Below, piece after piece: positions 57,101-64,000 of a stretch of DNA of 64,000 nucleotides. Origin of the DNA: the human T2T-CHM13v2.0 reference genome, Homo sapiens. The stretch is from NCBI RefSeq assembly GCF_009914755.1, contig NC_060926.1; one strand, written 5' to 3'. How positions within the stretch are numbered: the first letter of the stretch is position 1; every line of letters starts with the position of its first letter. A program made the position numbers and the translations under genes. The notes under the pieces are model-generated. The model saw only the letters and a program-made list of their open reading frames with translations, did no database searches and was not told the origin of the DNA.

Positions 57101-59360
57101 TCAAATGGACTCGAATGGAATCCTCATTGAATTGAATCGAATGGTAGCATTGAATGGAGTCGAATGGAATCATCAGCAAATGGAATCGAATGGAATCATT
57201 GAATATCAACGAATGGAATCATCATCGAATGCAGTCGAATGGAATCATCAAACGAACTCGAATGCAATCATCATAGAATGGAATCGAATGGAATCTTTGA
57301 ATGGACCTGAATGGAATCATCATCGATTGCAAACGAATGGAATCATCATCAAATGGAATCACATGGAATCATCAAATGGAAAAGAATTGAATAATCATAG
57401 AAAGGAATTGAACAGAATCATCGAATGAAACCGAATGGAATCATCATCGAATGGAATCGAATGGAATCATCATTGAATGCAATTGAATGGAATCATCATC
57501 GAATGGAATCGAATGGAATCATCATCGAATGGAATCGAATGGAATCATCAACGAATGGAACCAAATAGAATCATCAAATGGACTCGAAAGGAATCATCGA
57601 ATGGACTCGAATGGAGTTGTCATCGAATGGAATCAAATGGAATCATCGAACGGAATTGAATCGAATCATCATTGAATGAAATCAAATGGAATCATCGAAT
57701 GGACTCGAATGGAAGCAATATCAAATGGAATCGAAAGGAATCATGGAATGCATTCAAAGGGAATAATCAAATGGACTCAAATCGAATCAACATCAAGTGG
57801 AATCGAAAGGAATCATCGAATGGACCGGAATGGAATCATCATTGAATGGAATCGAATGGAATCATCGAATGGACGTGAATGGAATCACTATCTAATGGAA
57901 CCGAATGGAATCATCATGGAATGGAACCGGAAGGAGTCATCATCAAATGGAATCCAAGGAAATCATTGAATGGACTCGAATGGAATCATCATCAACTGGA
58001 ATTGAATGGAATCATCGAACGTACTCCAGTGGAATCATCGGAGAATGGAATCAAATGGAATTATCAAACGGACTCGAATGGAATAAACTTTGAATGGAAT
58101 CGAAGGGAATCATCAAATGGAATCGAATGCAATCATCGAACGGAATCGAATGACATCACCGAATGGAATCCAATGGAATCACCATTGAATGGACTAGAAT
58201 GGAATCATCATTGAATGTAATCGAATGGAATCATCGAATGGACTCGAATGGAATCATCATCGATTGGAATCAAATGGAATCATCGAATGGAATCGAAAGG
58301 AATCATCATCAACTGTAATGAACTGGAATCACTGAATGGAATCGAATGGAATCGTCATCAAAAATAATCGAATAGAATAATCAAATGGAATCAAATGCAA
58401 TCAACATCAAATGGAATCGAATGGAATCCTAGAATGACATCGAATGGAATCCTCATCGAATGGAATCAAAGGGAATCAATATCGAATGGAATCGAAAGCA
58501 ATCACTGAATGGACTTGAATACAATCATCAAATGGATTTGAAGGGAATACTCATTGAATGGAATAGAACAAAAACATTGAATGGAAACGAATGGAATCAT
58601 CATCGAATGGAATCTAATGGAGTCATCAAATGGACTCGAATGGAATCATCATCAAATGGGATCATCATCAAATGGAATCGAATGGAGTCATCGAATGGAC
58701 ACGAATGAATGAACAAATGGACTCGAATGGAAACATCAAATAGAATCGAATGGAATCATCGAAAGGAATTGAATGGAATGATTGAATGGACTCGAATGGA
58801 ATCATGTAATGGACACGAATGGAGTAATCATAAAATGGAATCGAATGGAATCATCAAATGGACTCGAATGAATGGAATCATTGAATGGACTCGAATGGAA
58901 TCATCGAATGGACTCAAATGGAATCATCATCAAATGGAATCGAATGGAATCATCGAATGGAATTGAAGGCAATCATCATCGAATGGAATCGAATGGAATC
59001 ATCATCAAATGGAATCAAGCGGAAGGAATCATCAAATGGAATCAAATGGAATCATTGTTGAATGGAATGGAATGGAATCATTGAATGGAATTGAATGGGA
59101 TCACCAATGAATGGAATCAAATGGAATCATCTTCTAATGGAATGGAAAGGAATCATCAAATACACTCGAATGGAATCATCCTCGAATGGAATCGTGTGGA
59201 ATCGTCGAATGAACTGGAAATGAATCATAATCAAATGCAATTAAAATGAATCATCATCGAAAGGAATCACATGGAATCATCATCGAATGGAATCATACGG
59301 AAACATCACAGAATGGAATTGAATGGAATCATCAGTTGGACTCGAATGGAATCATCAAAT
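54154..59360 (+). repeat. Higher-order unit U10, 3'-truncated (~5.2 kb)
   Basis: Anchors 54154, 54572, 56477, 57676, 58460 and 59246; colinearity with U1 ends near 59360. Confidence 0.85.
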
Positions 59361-62300
59361 GGACTCGAATGAATGGAATCATTGAATGGACTCGAATGGA
59401 ATCATCGAATGGACTCAAATGGAATCATCATCAAATGGAATCGAATGGAATCATCGAATGGACTCGAATGGAATCATCAAATGGAATCAAACCGAATCGT
59501 CATCGAATGGAATCGAATGGAATCATCGAATGGAATTGAAGGCAATCATCATCGAATGGAATCGAATGGAATCATTGAATGCAATTGAATGGAATCATCA
59601 TCAAATGGAATCGAATGGAATCATCGAATGGAATCTGAATGGAATCATCAATGAATGGAATCAAATGGAATCATCTAATGGACGTGAATGGAATCATCAT
59701 CGAAAGCAATGAAATGTAATTCAATCGAATGGACATGAATGGAATCATCATTGAATGGAATCAAATGGAATCCTCATCGAATGGAATCGAATGGAATCAT
59801 CAAATGGAATAGAATGGAGTCATCGTCGAATGTAATCGAATGTAATCATCGAATGGCATCGAATGGAATCATCGACTGGAAAAGAATGGAATCATCATCG
59901 AATGGAAATGAATAGAATCACAGAATGAAATCGAAAGGAATCATCATCGAATGGAGTCTAATGGAATAATCATCGAATGGAATAGAATGGAATCATCGAG
60001 TGGACACGAATGGAATCATCATTGAATGGAATCGAATAGAATCATCAAATGGACTTGAATGGAAACAACATCGAATGGAATCGAAGTTAGTCATTGAATT
60101 GCATTGAGTGGAATCATCATTGAATGGAATCTAAGGAAATCATCGAACGGACTCGAGTGGAATCATCGAATGGACTCGAGGGGAATCATCATCGAATGGA
60201 ATCGACTGTAATCATCGATTGGACTCGAATGGAATCATCGTTGAATGGAATCGAATGGAATCAACGAATGGACTCGAATAGAATCATCATAAAATGGAAT
60301 CGAATGGAATCAAAGAATGGACTCTAATGGAGTCATCATCAAATGGAATCTAATGGAATCATCTAATGGTCCTGAAAGGAATCATCATTGAATGGAATCG
60401 AATGGAATCATCGAATGGACTCGAATGGAATCATCATCGAATGGAATCGAATGGAATCAAAGAATGGACTCTAATGGAGTCATCATCAAATGGAATCTAA
60501 TGGAATCATCTAATGGACCTGAAAGGAATCATCATTGAATGGAATCGAAAGGAATCATCGAATGGACCGGAATGGAATCATCATCGAATGGAATCGAATG
60601 AAATCATCAAATGGACTTGAATGGAATCACTATCCAATGGAACCGAATGGAATCATCATGGAATGGAACCGGAAGGAGTCATCATCAAATGGAATCCAAT
60701 GAAATCATTGAATGGACTCGAATGGAATCATCATCAACTGGAATTGAATGGAATCATCGAACGGACTAAAGTGGAATCATCGGAGAATGGAATCGAATGG
60801 AATTATCAAACGGACTCGAACGGAATAAACTTTGAATGGAATCGAGGGGAATCATCAAATGGAATCGAATGCAATCATCGAACGGAATCGAATGCCATCA
60901 CCGAAAGGAACCCAATGGAATCACCATTGAATGGACTCGAATGGAATCATCATTGAATGGAATCGAATGGAATCATCGAATGGACTCGAATGGAATCATC
61001 ATCGATTGGAATCAAATGGAATCACTGAATGGAATAGAAAGGAATCATCATCAACTGTAATGAACTGCAATCACTGAATGGAATCGAATGGAATCGTCAT
61101 CAAAATTAATCGAATAGAATAATCAAATGGAATCAAATGCAATCAACATCAAATGGAATCAAATGGAATCCTAGAATGACATCGAATGGAATCCTCATCG
61201 AATGGAATCAAAGGGAATCAATATCGAATGGAATCGAAAGCAATCACTGAATGGACTTGAATACAATCATCAAATGGATTTGAAGGGAATCCTCATTGAA
61301 TGGAATAGAAAAAAACATTGAATGGACAGGAATGGAATCATCATCGAATGGAATCAAATGGAGTCATCAATTGGACTCGAATGGAATCATCATCAAATGG
61401 GATCATCATCAAATGGAATCGAATGTTGTCATCGAATGGACACGAATGAATGAACAAATGGACTCGAATGGAAACATCAAATAGAATCGAATGGAATCAT
61501 CGAAAGGAATTGAATGGAATGATTGAATGGACACGAATGGAATCATCTAATGGACACGAATGGAATAATCATAAAATGGATTCGAATGGAATCATCAAAT
61601 GGACTCGAATGAATGGAATCATTGAATGGACTCGAATGGAATCATCGAATGGACTCAAATGGAATCATCATCAAATGGAATGGAATGGAATCGTCGAATG
61701 GATTCGAATGGAATCATCAAATGGAATCAAACCGAATCATCATCGAATGGAATCGAATAGAATCATCGAATGGAATTGAAGGCAATCATCATCGAATGGA
61801 ATCGAATGGAATCATCATCAAATGGAATCAAGCGGAAGGAATCATCAAATGGAATCAAATGGAATCATTGTTGAATGGAATGGAATGGAATCACTGAATG
61901 GAATTGAATGGGATCACCAATGAACGGAATCAAATGGAATCATCTTCTAATGGAATCGAAAGGAATCATCAAATACACTCGAATGGAATCATCATCGAAT
62001 GGAATCGTGTGGAATCGTCGAATGAACTGGAAATGAATCATAATCAAATGCAATTCAAATGAATCATCATCGAAAGGAATCACATGGAATCATCATCGAA
62101 TGGAATCATACGGAAACATCACAGAATGGAATTGAATGGAATCATCAGTTGGACTCGAATGGAATCATCAAATGTACTCAAAGGGACGCGTCAAATGGAC
62201 TCGAACGGAACATCATCGAATGGAATCGAATGGGATCATCGAAAGGACTCGAATCAAATCTTCAAAAGGACTCAAAGGGAATCATTGTAGAATGGAAATG

Positions 62301-63511
62301 AATAGAGTCATCAGACAGCCTCGAATGGAAACATCATTGAATGGAATTGATTGGGAACATCGAATTCACTCGAATGGAATCATCATCTGATGGAATTCAA
62401 TGGAATCATCGAATGGACACAAATGGAATCATCATCAAATGCAATCCATTGGAACGATCGAATGGAATCGCATGGAATTATCAAATGGAATCGAATGGAA
62501 TCATCTTTGAATGGAATCAAATGGAATCATCGAATGGAATCGAATGCAATCATCATTGAATGGAATCGAACGGAATCATCAAATGGTATCCAAAGGAATC
62601 ACCATTGAATGACCTCGCATGGAATCATCATCATATAGAGTAGAAAGGAATCATTGAATGGACTCGAATGGAACCATCATTGAATGGAATCACCAAATGG
62701 AATCAAATGGAATCATCATCAAATGAAATCAAACGGAATCATCAAATGGAATCGAATGGAATCATCATTGAATGGTGTCGAATAGAATCTTTCAATGACA
62801 TTGAATGAAATCAGCATGAAATGGAATCTAAAGGAATCATAGAATGGTATCGAATGGAATCATCATCGAATGGAATGGAATGGAATGGAATGGAATGGAA
62901 TGGAATTGAATCAGCATCGAATGGAATCAAAAGCAATCATTCAATGGACTCTAATAGAATCAGCGAATAGACTTGAATGTAATCATCATCGAATGGAGAA
63001 GAATGGAATCATCCAATGGACACGAATGGAATCATCCTCGAATGGAATCGAATGGAATCATATAATGGAACCGAATGGAATCATCATTGAATGGAATAGA
63101 ATGGAGTCGTCATCGAATGGAATCGTATGGAATCATCTACTGAACCCGAATGGAATCATCGTCCAAATGAATAGAATGCAATCATCATCAAATGGAATCG
63201 AATGGAATCATCATCAAATAGAATCGAATGGAATCATCAAATGGAATCGAATGGAGTCATTGTCTAATGCAATCGAATGAAATCATAGAATGGAATCCCA
63301 TGGAATCAACATCGAATGGAATCGATTGGAATCATTATCTAATAGAATTGAATGGAATCACTGAATGGAATCATCATCAAATGGACTCCAACGGAATCAT
63401 CGAATTGACTCTAATGGAATCATAACTGAATGGAATAGAATGGAATAATCAAATGGAAACGAATGGAATCATCATCGAATGGAATCGAATGGTATCATCA
63501 AATGCACTTGA
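59361..63511 (+). repeat. Mosaic higher-order unit U11 (multiple junctions)
   Basis: Segments correspond to U1-equivalents ~4810-5020, then ~1350-2490, a 147 bp local repeat, then ~3750-6640. Confidence 0.8.
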
Positions 63512-64000
63512 ATGGAATCATCAATGAATGCAATCGAATGGTATAATCGAATGGACTCAAATGGAATCATCTTCGAGTGGAACCTAAAGGAATCGCCAAA
63601 TGGACTCCAATGGAATAATCATCGTATGGAATCGAGTGGAATCATCGAATGTACTCGAATGGAATCATCGAATGGAATCGAATGGAATCGTGGTCGAACG
63701 GAAAAGAATGGAATCATCAAGTGGACATGAATGGAATCAACATCTAATGGAATGGAATGGAATCATCAAATAGAATGGAATGGAATCATCAAAGAATGGA
63801 ATAAAATGGAATCATCAAATGGAATCAAATGGAATCATCAATGAATGGAATCTAATGGTATCATGGAATGGAATTGAATGGAATCGTCTTTGAGTGGAAT
63901 CTAAAGGAATCACCGAATGGACTCCAATCATCAGATGGAATCGAGTGGAATCATCGAATGTAATCGAATGCAATCATCATCGAATGGAAATGAATGGAAT
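63512..64000 (+). repeat. Start of higher-order unit U12 (cut by the window end)
   Basis: Marker GAGTGGAACCTAAAGGAATCGCC at ~63576 and GACTCCAATCATCAGATGG at ~63920. Confidence 0.85.

Larger units (their letters stand above)
1..64000 (+). repeat. Human Satellite II (HSat2/HSATII) tandem array, GGAAT-rich strand on +
   Basis: Continuous diverged GGAAT pentamers interleaved with CAT/CATCAT spacers and TCGA cores (e.g. GAATGGAATCATCATCGAATGGAATC, GAATGGACTC). This is the HSat2 signature, unlike the long pure (GGAAT)n runs of HSat3. No non-satellite sequence seen. Confidence 0.97.

Noticed and set aside
74-63730. Hundreds of short overlapping + strand ORFs (MESSSNGIEWNH-type, up to 205 aa)
   Set aside because: The GGAAT/CAT monomers supply many ATGs and few stops in all three frames. 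The ORFs overlap, start and stop differently between units, and show no domains. Such translations resemble spurious 'hypothetical proteins' that come from satellite DNA.
1-64000. CRISPR-like repeat/spacer arrangement
   Set aside because: No invariant direct repeat separated by unique spacers, everything is monomer-derived, and there are no cas genes.
1-64000. HSat3, alpha satellite or telomeric identity
   Set aside because: Pure (GGAAT)n runs are short and rare. There are no 171 bp monomers, CENP-B boxes or TTAGGG repeats.
1-64000. Embedded Alu/L1/LTR insertion or an inversion
   Set aside because: No poly(A) tail, GC-rich stretch, foreign sequence or switch to ATTCC on the + strand was seen by eye. 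A very short insertion could have been missed.
1-64000. Heat-shock elements or G-quadruplexes
   Set aside because: GAA units are almost all direct rather than the alternating inverted nGAAn of a canonical HSE, and runs of three or more G are too sparse for canonical G4.
1-64000. A previously undescribed genetic system or encoded message
   Set aside because: All structure I could see is explained by a known satellite family plus duplication, deletion, conversion and point mutation. Nothing supports a stronger claim.

Overview
The whole 64 kb window is one uninterrupted, single-orientation array of human/great-ape-type Satellite II (HSat2), a (GGAAT/ATTCC)-derived pericentromeric satellite. 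It is built from ~23- and ~26-bp monomers such as GAATGGAATCATCGAATGGACTC and GAATGGAATCATCATCGAATGGAATC. I see no gene, RNA gene, transposon insertion, CRISPR array or unique sequence. The listed ORFs are translation artefacts of the repeat, but they are useful positional anchors. With them the array resolves into about 11 copies of a ~6.3-6.6 kb higher-order unit; from memory this size is most compatible with the HSat2B subfamily, which I cannot verify here. The units are heavily rearranged: a ~2.07 kb deletion shared by two units, other 0.7-2.5 kb deletions, a recent exact-period 7,994 bp tandem duplication with a nested 1,576 bp repeat, chimeric units, and many small indels sized in sums of 23/26/49 bp. 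I found no evidence for a new protein-coding or mobile system; what is interesting is the array's architecture and mutational history. Unit boundaries use an arbitrary phase, and junctions were read by eye (about +/-30 bp). 'U1-equivalent' means the matching coordinate in the first unit.
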